Positions 1-9,093 of a stretch of DNA of 64,000 bases are shown here, in pieces. The notes beneath the pieces are model-generated. The model was not told the origin of the DNA. It worked only from the letters and a program-made list of their open reading frames with translations, and did not search any database. The position numbers and the translations under genes are program-made. Within the stretch, counting starts at the first letter, position 1. The number at the start of each line of letters is the position of its first letter. Source of the stretch: a virus. The stretch lies in the IMG/VR virus record IMGVR_UViG_3300025886_000012. One strand, given 5' to 3'.

Positions 1-1295
1 TGACTAATACTTGTATTAACATCAACTCTTGTTTTATCAACTTTTTTAGTAAGCTCAGTTGGTAATAATTTTATGCCGCCGTATCCATATTCTAGATCAT
101 TAATAGGGTTTTTACTACGCCATACATGTACTGCATCTTTATCATGCTCAGGCACTATATATTCAAAATTAAATGTTTCAACAACTTCGGCATCTCCGTC
201 AATAATCCACATCATATCAGTATCGCATATTTCAGCGGCTGCAATATGTGCATTAGCAATACCTTTTACACCGTGTATTCTTTTTGCAGCTGGAAATCTA
301 CGTTTTAATAAGTTAAAATTTTCATTAGAATTTTGTTCACCATATGAAATCATTATTATATCGTAAGTATTGGATATACTTTCAACTATAGACTTATGTA
401 CTGGCCTTGCTGGACTTTTGTACATGCGTTTAAAAAACTTACTTTGTCCACTGTTATACGGCATTAAATCTATTGGTACATCTAATTGATTTTTTAAGTC
501 AGTGCCTAACTCTTCAATATAATGTTTGATATCTTCTTCAACAATATTGCCTTTTTCATTCCAGTAGTTGTTTAACCATTTGAAATCTCTTACATTAATA
601 TAATCCCAATCAGTACACATTGTTTTATAAAAACCTTCTCTAGCACCATATATGGCCCAAAGTCCATTTTTAACATCTGCACCAGTCATACACCAAACAT
701 ATAGTCTACTAAGATTTTTCCAATGTATTGCTTTCATATCTTTTATTGAAGGTTTTATGCCTTCAATAAGACACATTTTTACACCTTCTCGAAATCCAGC
801 ACGCCATGCTTGCTGAGGAGTATAATTATTTTCTACTGTGCTCATACATTTGCTTAATTGCACATAATCTAAATCCCAACAAAAATCAACTTGTGCTTTT
901 AAATTATTTTTATCTGCATTTTCATGGGTTTTCATTTCTAATACTGTGTTCTTATCCCAGCATTTGATTCCGCCATTGCCATATGTTAGTCCATTTATAG
1001 TGTTATAGCCTGCCCAACTAATAACTTTATTAGATAAATTTGTTCCATTTGCAAATTCAACACTTTGATTTACAAATTCAGAATGTACAATGTTATCGCC
1101 ATCAATGGTGATAAATCTAGATGTTTCAGATAGTTCAGCGCAGGCTTTGTGAGCTGCATCGCTTCCTTCGACTCCGTGTACTCTTTTAGCCCACGGAATT
1201 TTTCTACACAGATCTGTATAATTTTTTTCTGCATTAGGTTCGTCATAGCTTAAATATATAATATCAAAGTCTAACACATTAATAATTTTGCTCAT
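1..1295 (-). CDS. Tandem two-domain glycosyltransferase-like (GT-A fold) protein, 3' end outside window
   Basis: Not in track. ATG at 1295 overlaps the upstream TGA (ATGA) and the frame is open to the window edge. Two similar units: FDIIYLSYDE..KRVHGVEG..AHKACAE..FITIDGDN..YGNGGIKCW and YDIIMISYGE..KRIHGVKG..AHIAAAE..MWIIDGDA..YGYGGIKLL, each with a DxD-like DGD motif. Confidence 0.7.
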   Translation of the reverse strand, partial: MSKIINVLDFDIIYLSYDEPNAEKNYTDLCRKIPWAKRVHGVEGSDAAHKACAELSETSRFITIDGDNIVHSEFVNQSVEFANGTNLSNKVISWAGYNTINGLTYGNGGIKCWDKNTVLEMKTHENADKNNLKAQVDFCWDLDYVQLSKCMSTVENNYTPQQAWRAGFREGVKMCLIEGIKPSIKDMKAIHWKNLSRLYVWCMTGADVKNGLWAIYGAREGFYKTMCTDWDYINVRDFKWLNNYWNEKGNIVEEDIKHYIEELGTDLKNQLDVPIDLMPYNSGQSKFFKRMYKSPARPVHKSIVESISNTYDIIMISYGEQNSNENFNLLKRRFPAAKRIHGVKGIANAHIAAAEICDTDMMWIIDGDAEVVETFNFEYIVPEHDKDAVHVWRSKNPINDLEYGYGGIKLLPTELTKKVDKTRVDVNTSIS

Positions 1296-1882
1296 TGTAT
1301 TATCTCGATACTGTAAGAGTCAAATCTTTTTAAAGTATATACACTGTTTTCCAATAACTCTTCATCGCATATCATAGGTATTTTGTAATCTTCCGAACTA
1401 TAAAGGTATCCTTTATCAATTAGATATATAACATTTTCGATGCTTTTAGTTAAGTTAATTTGAAGAACTCGGTATAATTCGTGAGGGTCATTTTCTTTTG
1501 TAATGCTAAATGACAGCGATGCAATGCCTAGTGTACTTGGATTTATTTGATCATGAAACTTAATACTCCAATATTTTTCTTTACAATTTTTTATAATAGT
1601 AACATCAGCGTTTGAACTTTTTTGTATTTTGTAAATTGATCTGTTTATATCATAATTATTAATTTCATCAATAGTTTTTGTAGTTAATTGATTTTTTTTT
1701 GAAATAGGGTCAAACATGACACAATAATTACTAAACGGTGTAGTTCCTGTAACCAAATCACTAACTTGACCTAACTCAACTTCAAGACACGGAGTATTAT
1801 CTGAGCTAATGTTACTGTTTCGAATTGCTGTTATATTACCATTTATATCAAAGTAAACATATTTTTTAATATTGCTATGCAT
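1292..1882 (-). CDS. Hypothetical protein in glycosyltransferase operon
   Basis: 196-aa ORF, SD GAGG, overlaps both neighbours. Confidence 0.75.
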   Translation of the reverse strand: MHSNIKKYVYFDINGNITAIRNSNISSDNTPCLEVELGQVSDLVTGTTPFSNYCVMFDPISKKNQLTTKTIDEINNYDINRSIYKIQKSSNADVTIIKNCKEKYWSIKFHDQINPSTLGIASLSFSITKENDPHELYRVLQINLTKSIENVIYLIDKGYLYSSEDYKIPMICDEELLENSVYTLKRFDSYSIEIIQ

Positions 1883-2726
1883 TTAATTCCTCAAAAAAAC
1901 TTTCATAGGTATTTACTATTTCATCAGTTAAAAAATTTTTTTCAGTATAATGAAAAATTCCGTGTTGTTGAAAGTTGCCAATTTTTAATTCACATTCTTT
2001 GGTGAAATAGGTTCCAACAATTCGTTGCCAGCTGTTTGAATTTGGAGTAGACCATCCTTGTATATATGTTTTCATATGTGTAAATGTAGGATAGTCAATG
2101 CCAATGTCTAATATTTTAGATTCAACACCTAATATTTGACACGCAATTGCACAACTTAGATCAACACTTGCTTGTTTTTGATACACTGTTCCGCCAGCAA
2201 ATTCATTATAAAAAACTTTCCAATTTTTTAACACATCTTCTAAACATTTATAAAATGTATGAGAAAAATCAGACTTCTTAAAGTAATGAAATCCACTGTA
2301 TATGTTGGGCAAATCATATTTTTTGAATGCTTTTCGATAGTAATTATCAATTACATTTTCATTTTTATAAGTTTTTACATTAGATACAAAAAACAATTCT
2401 TTGGTTTGTAGATAATTCCACCAAGATGATATATCATCTAGTACAAGCATGTCAGTATCCATTACAATTGTTTGATCATAAGGCGTACAATTATAAATTT
2501 GCCACCTATTGTGTATTTTCCATTCACCTTCGTCGTTGTAATTTACGTTCTGCATAGGAATAATATAATCAAACATGTGTTTGTACTGAATATCAACCAA
2601 ATCATTAGTAATTAAACATATACTAACATCTTTGTTTGAACATCTAATACTCATTGCAGCTACATAAGCTTGTCTGACATAATCATCTTTGTTGTTTTGA
2701 GCAAACATTGTAAAATTAATAGTCAT
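1875..2726 (-). CDS. Glycosyltransferase, GT8-like
   Basis: YDQTIVMDTDML (DxD after beta strand), NIYSGFHYFKKS, late HY motif. ATG at 2726 preferred over track TTG at 2732. Confidence 0.7.
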   Translation of the reverse strand: MTINFTMFAQNNKDDYVRQAYVAAMSIRCSNKDVSICLITNDLVDIQYKHMFDYIIPMQNVNYNDEGEWKIHNRWQIYNCTPYDQTIVMDTDMLVLDDISSWWNYLQTKELFFVSNVKTYKNENVIDNYYRKAFKKYDLPNIYSGFHYFKKSDFSHTFYKCLEDVLKNWKVFYNEFAGGTVYQKQASVDLSCAIACQILGVESKILDIGIDYPTFTHMKTYIQGWSTPNSNSWQRIVGTYFTKECELKIGNFQQHGIFHYTEKNFLTDEIVNTYESFFEELNA

Positions 2727-3534
2727 TTTCAATAATCCTATGCAAACTAAATTTATTCATAACGTGTACATTGCAGCCTGAGATATTAGATACACGTTGC
2801 TCTCTATTAGAGAAAAAAGTAAACTTGTCGTTGGTTAATGAAAGTAGCTCGTCCTGGTCAATGGTATAAAACATTGTGCCCGGCATTGATTTAGCAAAAT
2901 CACCTGCTTGGTGGCCATTTAAAATATGTATTGCAATACTAAAAATAAAATCATTTCTAATTAAAGATGATGGAATTTGATATAGATTTACATAGTGCGA
3001 CCAATTTTGTTGTATGTGCTTGGTAAGTTCAAATAATAAATTAGTTTTTTGTGTTTTTCTAAAAAATATAGCTGTTGCCCAGTAAAATCTAGGACCAGTT
3101 TTGGTAATATAATCAAATTCTTCAGTATTTTTTGTACCTGTTACTTCAACTCCGCCGCTGTATATTAAAAAATCATGAGGTTGAACAAAACAACTTTTAA
3201 AAATATCATTTGATATAATATAATCTGTGTCAAGCAATAGTGTTTGGTCATATGGTGTTAGATCATAAACCAATGAGCGTTCGGTATTCTTGAAATCATC
3301 TTTTTTTAATATCGTACCATCTTTAAAAGTTTTTCGAGAATGCGATGTGCTATCTGATATGGTAATTATATTTTCAAACACATCTAAATACACATTATCC
3401 TGTGAATCAGTATCAGTTATTAGAGAAACTGGTAAGTCTAAGTATTTTTTAATTCTATTTGCATTAAATGCTGCTTGTTTTACATAATCAATACTGTTAT
3501 TGTTTCTTGCAATAAAAACTACACCTGATTTCAT
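2716..3534 (-). CDS. Glycosyltransferase, GT8-like (paralog of adjacent gene)
   Basis: LTPYDQTLLLDTDYII, FYWATAIFFRKT, RNDFIFSIA; same layout as the neighbouring GT. Confidence 0.7.
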   Translation of the reverse strand: MKSGVVFIARNNNSIDYVKQAAFNANRIKKYLDLPVSLITDTDSQDNVYLDVFENIITISDSTSHSRKTFKDGTILKKDDFKNTERSLVYDLTPYDQTLLLDTDYIISNDIFKSCFVQPHDFLIYSGGVEVTGTKNTEEFDYITKTGPRFYWATAIFFRKTQKTNLLFELTKHIQQNWSHYVNLYQIPSSLIRNDFIFSIAIHILNGHQAGDFAKSMPGTMFYTIDQDELLSLTNDKFTFFSNREQRVSNISGCNVHVMNKFSLHRIIENDY

Positions 3535-3878
3535 AATTCAACTATGCCCGCTACTGACCTTTGTTTTGTAATTTTTTCGTACTCATTGTAATATTCTGTT
3601 GAAGCTGTGTTGTATACTTCCAAAAGTGTTTTTAAAAATTCTTCTAGATTATCAAAACGTATTGGTATATCAAAGTCATCAACAATTACAGCATCAAGTT
3701 GTTGTGCATTTACCAACGCACTTACATGTGCTATCAAAGTTTGACTGATCAAAAACTGTCCTCTATTATAATAGACTATTGATGATTCAAGATATTTTTC
3801 TTTGAGCAAACGTTTTTGATTAGAAAGTGTTACTGCGTATTTACTAAAATCTAATGCTTTAGAAAGTCTGTCGTCCAT
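3531..3878 (-). CDS. Hypothetical protein, first gene of GT operon
   Basis: ATG at 3878 with SD GGAG (MDDRLSKALDF); track start at 3890 is a TTG inside the SD region. Confidence 0.75.
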   Translation of the reverse strand: MDDRLSKALDFSKYAVTLSNQKRLLKEKYLESSIVYYNRGQFLISQTLIAHVSALVNAQQLDAVIVDDFDIPIRFDNLEEFLKTLLEVYNTASTEYYNEYEKITKQRSVAGIVEL

Positions 3879-3890
3879 ACAATTCTCCAA

Positions 3891-3898
3891 TATTTATA
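3891..3898 (-). promoter_or_regulatory. T4-type late promoter TATAAATA
   Basis: Exact T4 late box upstream of the GT operon. Confidence 0.7.
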
Positions 3899-3904
3899 TA
3901 TACA

Positions 3905-3933
3905 ATTATACATGTAAATATTGTATTTGTCAA
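3905..3933 (-). promoter_or_regulatory. Consensus sigma70 promoter
   Basis: TTGACA (3933-3928), 17-bp spacer, TATAAT (3910-3905). Confidence 0.8.
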
Positions 3934-3937
3934 GTAA

Positions 3938-5341
3938 TTATTCTAAAGAACTGTTAACTGCACAAGTAGGGTCAGGAAAATGTACTGCTGTTATAGTTGA
4001 TCCATTATATGTAAACGAACTATCAGGCACATAAGCCGATATAGTCGAAGTAGTAGTTCCTCCAACATCTTCGTCTTCGGCAGCGCCAGCTGGGCCAATT
4101 TCGCCTTCAGGAACATCTTGTTGATCGCCGGCGTCATCGTCACGGAATTCGATTAAAAATTGAATCTTATTAGTACCAACTAATTTAGCTTGAATATTAT
4201 AATCATTTTCAGCATACACTGCTGCAACGGCGTCTGCTTTAAATATTTCTTTATAGTCAGTGGTTAAATCATTATACCCATCAGTATCTGTAATACTAAC
4301 TGTTGCATCTTGTGGTGGAGTATTTACTCCTATGTCGTTAGTATTATGTGTCTCGTCTCGACCAAATTTTATTGTTCCAATAGAATCAAGTAATGCTAAC
4401 CAACTAGCATATTTAGTACCTGTAGTATTGGTTCCGCCACTTATGCTAGCGTTGAACCAAATTTCGCCGCCGGCTTCAAAATAGCTTGTCCTTGTTCGGT
4501 TGGGTCCGGCTGTGTTAAAAGTAACCGTTACTTCGTGAGTAATTATATCAACAGTATTTCCCCATGCAGTTGTACGAGTACTTGTATCTAAGGTAGTCAC
4601 TGAATAATTATTAGCATTATTAGCTGGCAAAGTATAGCTTCCGCCGTTTGCTACTGTCAATGCATACGATCGAATTGTATTGACTGAACTTAAATAGTCA
4701 TTGTATCCCATTTGACTAGAATTTGAAATTGATGTACCAGTAATAGTGTAATTACCAGTGTTGTACAATGGATTACCTAGAGGGTTTGGCGGATTATCAA
4801 GATCAGGAGATTCATATGTAGTATCACTTGTAGTATTTCGGTTTATAGTAAAATTTGTTTCGTCTACTACTGTTACTGTAAACTGTTGTGTATTTAACAC
4901 TGTCATTCCGGCAACGCCGTCAATAGTAACTGTCATGCCGGTTTGCAGTCTATGCGGTGCCGAAACTGTAATTTTTCCTGGATTTTCTTTTGTAATATTT
5001 ATTATATGCCCTGACCCAGACACAGATGTAGCGTCAGCGCCGTAAGTATACCCTGTGTCTGGAACATCTAGATTAGGCAAATTTCCAGTTTGATGATAAT
5101 GTGCTCTAGCAATTGAGAGATATAATTTTTCAATTTCAGATATATATGTACCAGCACCAACAGGATTATAAGCTGCCTTTCCTATAGTTTGTCCTGTAGA
5201 TACAGTACTAACAAAATTACTAGTACCTGGTAATTGCCAACTCGAAGATGTTTGGCCATACATGTCGTGTAAAACATCTTCAAGTTGACTACGTAAAAGA
5301 TTATACTCCGATGCTTCAATATTATCATTTGAAGTTACCAT
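3938..5341 (-). CDS. Virion structural protein (tail-fibre module), paralog of 5354..6241 with inserted beta domain
   Basis: Shares ITHEVTVTF..YFEAGGEIWFNAS..KYASWLALL..IKF with neighbour; T/S/G-rich; lies in tail module. Confidence 0.6.
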   Translation of the reverse strand: MVTSNDNIEASEYNLLRSQLEDVLHDMYGQTSSSWQLPGTSNFVSTVSTGQTIGKAAYNPVGAGTYISEIEKLYLSIARAHYHQTGNLPNLDVPDTGYTYGADATSVSGSGHIINITKENPGKITVSAPHRLQTGMTVTIDGVAGMTVLNTQQFTVTVVDETNFTINRNTTSDTTYESPDLDNPPNPLGNPLYNTGNYTITGTSISNSSQMGYNDYLSSVNTIRSYALTVANGGSYTLPANNANNYSVTTLDTSTRTTAWGNTVDIITHEVTVTFNTAGPNRTRTSYFEAGGEIWFNASISGGTNTTGTKYASWLALLDSIGTIKFGRDETHNTNDIGVNTPPQDATVSITDTDGYNDLTTDYKEIFKADAVAAVYAENDYNIQAKLVGTNKIQFLIEFRDDDAGDQQDVPEGEIGPAGAAEDEDVGGTTTSTISAYVPDSSFTYNGSTITAVHFPDPTCAVNSSLE

Positions 5342-5353
5342 TAACTATTTTCC

Positions 5354-6241
5354 TTATTCTAATTCAGTAACAATATTATATGCAGGAGTTTCTACTAATA
5401 CATTAGAACCAGTAGCTCGTCTTTGTGAAATGCTACTAGTTAATGTTCCAGACACTGATTCGTCGCCAAAAAATCCCTCTGCTGAGCCGCCGGTGTCTGC
5501 ATCATTAAACTCCACTTTAAATTGTAGCACACTATCGCTTGTTTGTCTAGCAAGAACTTGATAACGATTTTCTGAATACGAACCAGTTCCTTGCCTTGTT
5601 GCAATAATTTGGTAATCTGATGTTAGATCATAATTTCCTATAGTTGTTAACACAGAATTATTTTGATCAAGAGTATTATTATGTTCAAATTTTATTATGG
5701 TAGTATTTAACATTCCTACCCATTCATCAAATTTTGCTCCTGTGCCACTAACAAGTGTTGCATTAAATATTATTTGGCCGCCTGAGTTAAAAAAATATCT
5801 TCTATGATTTGCATCATCAAATACTACTTTAAAATTATGTGTAATTATTGGAGCACCATCATTTACGCCCCAAATACTATTTCTAGCACTAGTTAGCTTA
5901 ACTTCTACGTCGGCTTGTGTTAATTCATAGATATTAAATTTATTAGCAATAACTGTTGTTGAAACATCAGCGTATTGTGTGTATACTGAATCTGTAATAT
6001 TTTGTGATTCTATAACATCAGTTAATGTAGGATTAGTTCCTGTTTGGTGAGCAAACGTTTTGGCTAAGTCAGTCTTGAGTCTTGACATATGTATATCGTC
6101 AACTACTGCTGACGCTACTAATTGATTTGATAATAATGTTTGTCCATATCCAAATTGTCCTGATCCTATGCCAAAAACTTGTTCGACACGAGATTGTATC
6201 TCATTATATTTTGAAGCTGTAACTAAATCACCAATTGCCAT
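5354..6241 (-). CDS. Virion structural protein (tail-fibre module)
   Basis: ITHNFKVVF..YFFNSGGQIIFNAT..KFDEWVGML..IKF; paralog of downstream gene. Confidence 0.6.
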   Translation of the reverse strand: MAIGDLVTASKYNEIQSRVEQVFGIGSGQFGYGQTLLSNQLVASAVVDDIHMSRLKTDLAKTFAHQTGTNPTLTDVIESQNITDSVYTQYADVSTTVIANKFNIYELTQADVEVKLTSARNSIWGVNDGAPIITHNFKVVFDDANHRRYFFNSGGQIIFNATLVSGTGAKFDEWVGMLNTTIIKFEHNNTLDQNNSVLTTIGNYDLTSDYQIIATRQGTGSYSENRYQVLARQTSDSVLQFKVEFNDADTGGSAEGFFGDESVSGTLTSSISQRRATGSNVLVETPAYNIVTELE

Positions 6242-6270
6242 AACAAATTTTTTCCTATTTTACAAACTAT

Positions 6271-7740
6271 TTAAACCTTTAGTACACACTCGACTAGCTT
6301 TTCTGATTCAACATCACTTGACTCTAATGCAATTCCTACTATATTAGAATCTGTTGGAGAATTATGAGCTACACCATCTGCGCCAGTATACACATAATCT
6401 CCTTTTGTAATTGTTCCTATTATCCTTATAGGCACTCGTCCTTTTAGTGCCAATGCCTGTCCTGCAGATTCGGAATTCATTAGATATGCAGGCGAAGCAG
6501 AAATAACTCCTACTGGAATCTTAAATTGCTGACAAGCTGTAGTTTCGCTATCAGTTGCATCCGATACCATCATTACAGTACCAGTAGGATATTCCTCTGA
6601 CGTAGTATATTTTTCTGCTAGGTCTGCATATCTTGCTTGTGTAGCTGTACCGCTAAAAAGTACCGCAGTCAAGTTGCCATTTGAATCTCTTGCTGCAATA
6701 CTACTAACTGTTGCAGCAGTTGCAGCATTTGCATACGTTGAAGTTCCACTAATCTTTAATGTAGTAGCTTTTGCTGCTTCACCAGTAAAGCTATCACTGT
6801 GTACTGTTCCCCATTTTTTAGTTGAAGATCCTAAGTTAACTGTTCCATCAGTATACCAATAAGCTGCATCACTTCCTGATGCAGCGCCGAATGCAAGCAT
6901 AGCACTTTCTAAATTATCAGTAATATTAAATTTATCGTTATTCATTTTAAATGTTGGTGTTGAGCTTGTGACACCAACAGTTAGTGTAGTTGAAGTACCT
7001 AAGGTGTACCCGCCATCAGTAAAAGTAGTTGTTCCTGTTAATGCAGGACTAGCTGATTGTAAGAAACTCGACGAAGGTAAACCGCCTAATTTTAATGCAT
7101 TTGAAGCTGTGCCCCAAAATCTATAATCACCACTGGTTACACCTGTTGCTCCAGTATTAATCATAGTAATACCTTTTTGTAAATCAGTAAAGCCTGTTAT
7201 AGCCGATGTTGAATCAATTGTAAACGCAGTGTTACTAATAATATGTACAATCACATCATTGATTATAGACACAATTACAGGGTAATTTACACCTGTGGTT
7301 GCTTTTAACTCTCTACTCTGCATTTGAGTTGTACCACTTGAATCTGTTGACTGGGGACCTACTAGTGTCCAGGTACTTGAATCATTGTATGTAAATAACT
7401 GCCCTGTTGTGGTATTCCAATAAAAATCGCCTGCTGTGCCTGTAGAGGGCGCACTAGCTAGTACTTGTGCTCCGCCAACTGGTCTCCAATTCGATGCTGT
7501 ACTATTATATAGTTTTAATTTTTGTACACTAGAGTCATACCATAATTGTCCGCCTACTGGTCTTGAAGGTGCAGCTGAACCACTAAAGTTTTCTAACAAA
7601 AATAACATGTTTTCGTTTTGTGCTTCGCCATAGCCTGCATAGTTTTTACCAATAAGTTTTAGATTAGTAGTTTGATCTACTGTTCCGTCTTCAATTGTTG
7701 ATAAAACTGTACCGTTAAATTTGTTAATTGTGTATGCCAT
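6271..7740 (-). CDS. Tail fibre/spike protein with probable C-terminal chaperone-like domain
   Basis: N-terminal GKNYAGYG..NEN..LLENF..GQLWYD shared with the two upstream genes; C-terminal YADLAEKY..VGVIS..ALKGRVP..GIALE resembles peptidase G2-like intramolecular chaperones. Confidence 0.65.
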   Translation of the reverse strand: MAYTINKFNGTVLSTIEDGTVDQTTNLKLIGKNYAGYGEAQNENMLFLLENFSGSAAPSRPVGGQLWYDSSVQKLKLYNSTASNWRPVGGAQVLASAPSTGTAGDFYWNTTTGQLFTYNDSSTWTLVGPQSTDSSGTTQMQSRELKATTGVNYPVIVSIINDVIVHIISNTAFTIDSTSAITGFTDLQKGITMINTGATGVTSGDYRFWGTASNALKLGGLPSSSFLQSASPALTGTTTFTDGGYTLGTSTTLTVGVTSSTPTFKMNNDKFNITDNLESAMLAFGAASGSDAAYWYTDGTVNLGSSTKKWGTVHSDSFTGEAAKATTLKISGTSTYANAATAATVSSIAARDSNGNLTAVLFSGTATQARYADLAEKYTTSEEYPTGTVMMVSDATDSETTACQQFKIPVGVISASPAYLMNSESAGQALALKGRVPIRIIGTITKGDYVYTGADGVAHNSPTDSNIVGIALESSDVESEKLVECVLKV

Positions 7741-7787
7741 TTGTAACTTTCCTCTTGTGCATGTGTATTTAGTTTAAATACTGCGAT

Positions 7788-7795
7788 TATTTATA
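7788..7795 (-). promoter_or_regulatory. T4-type late promoter TATAAATA (second variant CTAAATA at 7766-7772)
   Basis: Exact box overlapping the TAA stop of 7791..9092. Confidence 0.6.
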
Positions 7796-9092
7796 GTGCT
7801 GCTATTGCTGTTTGGAAGTCACCATAAGTACTTGCCGCAGCAACTAATGTTTTTAAATTTGATATTGTTATAAATGCTTCAACATTATTAATTTTATATG
7901 TAAATCCAGTAGGAACATTAAACCCACATGATGAGTTCCACGCATTTGAAGCTGTAGTCCATGTTAATGTTTTATCGTCGCCACTTACACGTACTGATAT
8001 GCCTGAATTATCTGCTTGTGCTTCTGTTAATAATGTACTATCGCTAGTAATTCCTAATTCTATTAATTTATCTTCAACTCTTAGATTATCTACATCAACA
8101 CTAGTTGACGTACCTTCAACTATTAAATTTCCAGTTACACGAAGATCTCCTGTTAAATCTAAACTATATTGCGGTGCTTCATTCCATAAACCAATTCGTG
8201 TTGTGCTATTATCAACATTCATAACAGTTTTGTTTGTGGCGCCTTGTTTAATTTGTAGTCGCCAGTCACTGCCATCTTTTTGTCCTCTATTAACAATTAT
8301 GTTATCCTCAACTCTAATAGTATAATCGCTATCAATTCCAATAGTTAATCCGGCATCATTTTTAATATGTAATATACCAGTAGTGGTATTATTTGATGCT
8401 GTCCTAAGTAGTTGTTCAGGTGTATAGGAAACTCCTCCAGCTGAAACAATATTTTTTGATGTAGTAGCCGTACCATTAAATATAAATTCAGACTGACTTG
8501 GACTTACATTTATTCCAACATTTATTGGACTGGTATATCCTGGTAATATATTTACATTAGCACTGTCAGTTGTATCATAGCTTATGCTAGATTTAGCATG
8601 TACTGCCATTAATGTTCCGCTAATAAACTGTCTTACAATAGTGTGTTTAATACCGTTTGTATCTATTATATCTTTAACATCAAGTCCTGAATTTTGTTGA
8701 GTTTTTGTATATATTGGGCCAGCAAGCAATAAGTCTGTGCCGTCACTAAAATACAATTGTTCATTTGCACTATCAATCCAAATATCACCAGCTACCATAG
8801 CCGGCTGTACTGGTGATACTGATGCAGTGTCAGTTGACTTCCACAATGCACCATTGTAAACTTTTAATCTTGATTCGCTTGAATCAAACCATAATTGGCC
8901 TGTAATTGGAGTAGTTGGTGCTGTTACACTGCTAAAATTTTCTAGTAATTTTATAAGATTTTCATTAAATATTTCACCATACCCAGCATATCCTTTGCCA
9001 ACTAGGGTTAAATTAGTCGTCTCATTATCAACTGTAGCATCTACTAGATCAACTAGTAATGTGCCATCAGTTTTATTAATCTTATAACCCAT
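7791..9092 (-). CDS. Tail fibre / baseplate-attached protein
   Basis: Same N-terminal domain (GKGYAGYG..NENLIKLLENF..GQLWFD). Confidence 0.6.
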   Translation of the reverse strand: MGYKINKTDGTLLVDLVDATVDNETTNLTLVGKGYAGYGEIFNENLIKLLENFSSVTAPTTPITGQLWFDSSESRLKVYNGALWKSTDTASVSPVQPAMVAGDIWIDSANEQLYFSDGTDLLLAGPIYTKTQQNSGLDVKDIIDTNGIKHTIVRQFISGTLMAVHAKSSISYDTTDSANVNILPGYTSPINVGINVSPSQSEFIFNGTATTSKNIVSAGGVSYTPEQLLRTASNNTTTGILHIKNDAGLTIGIDSDYTIRVEDNIIVNRGQKDGSDWRLQIKQGATNKTVMNVDNSTTRIGLWNEAPQYSLDLTGDLRVTGNLIVEGTSTSVDVDNLRVEDKLIELGITSDSTLLTEAQADNSGISVRVSGDDKTLTWTTASNAWNSSCGFNVPTGFTYKINNVEAFITISNLKTLVAAASTYGDFQTAIAAL

Positions 9093-9093
9093 A

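Noticed and set aside
73-366. Short plus-strand ORFs here and throughout the minus-strand operons and sheath gene
   Set aside because: Antisense shadows of long real genes; no SD or family motifs.
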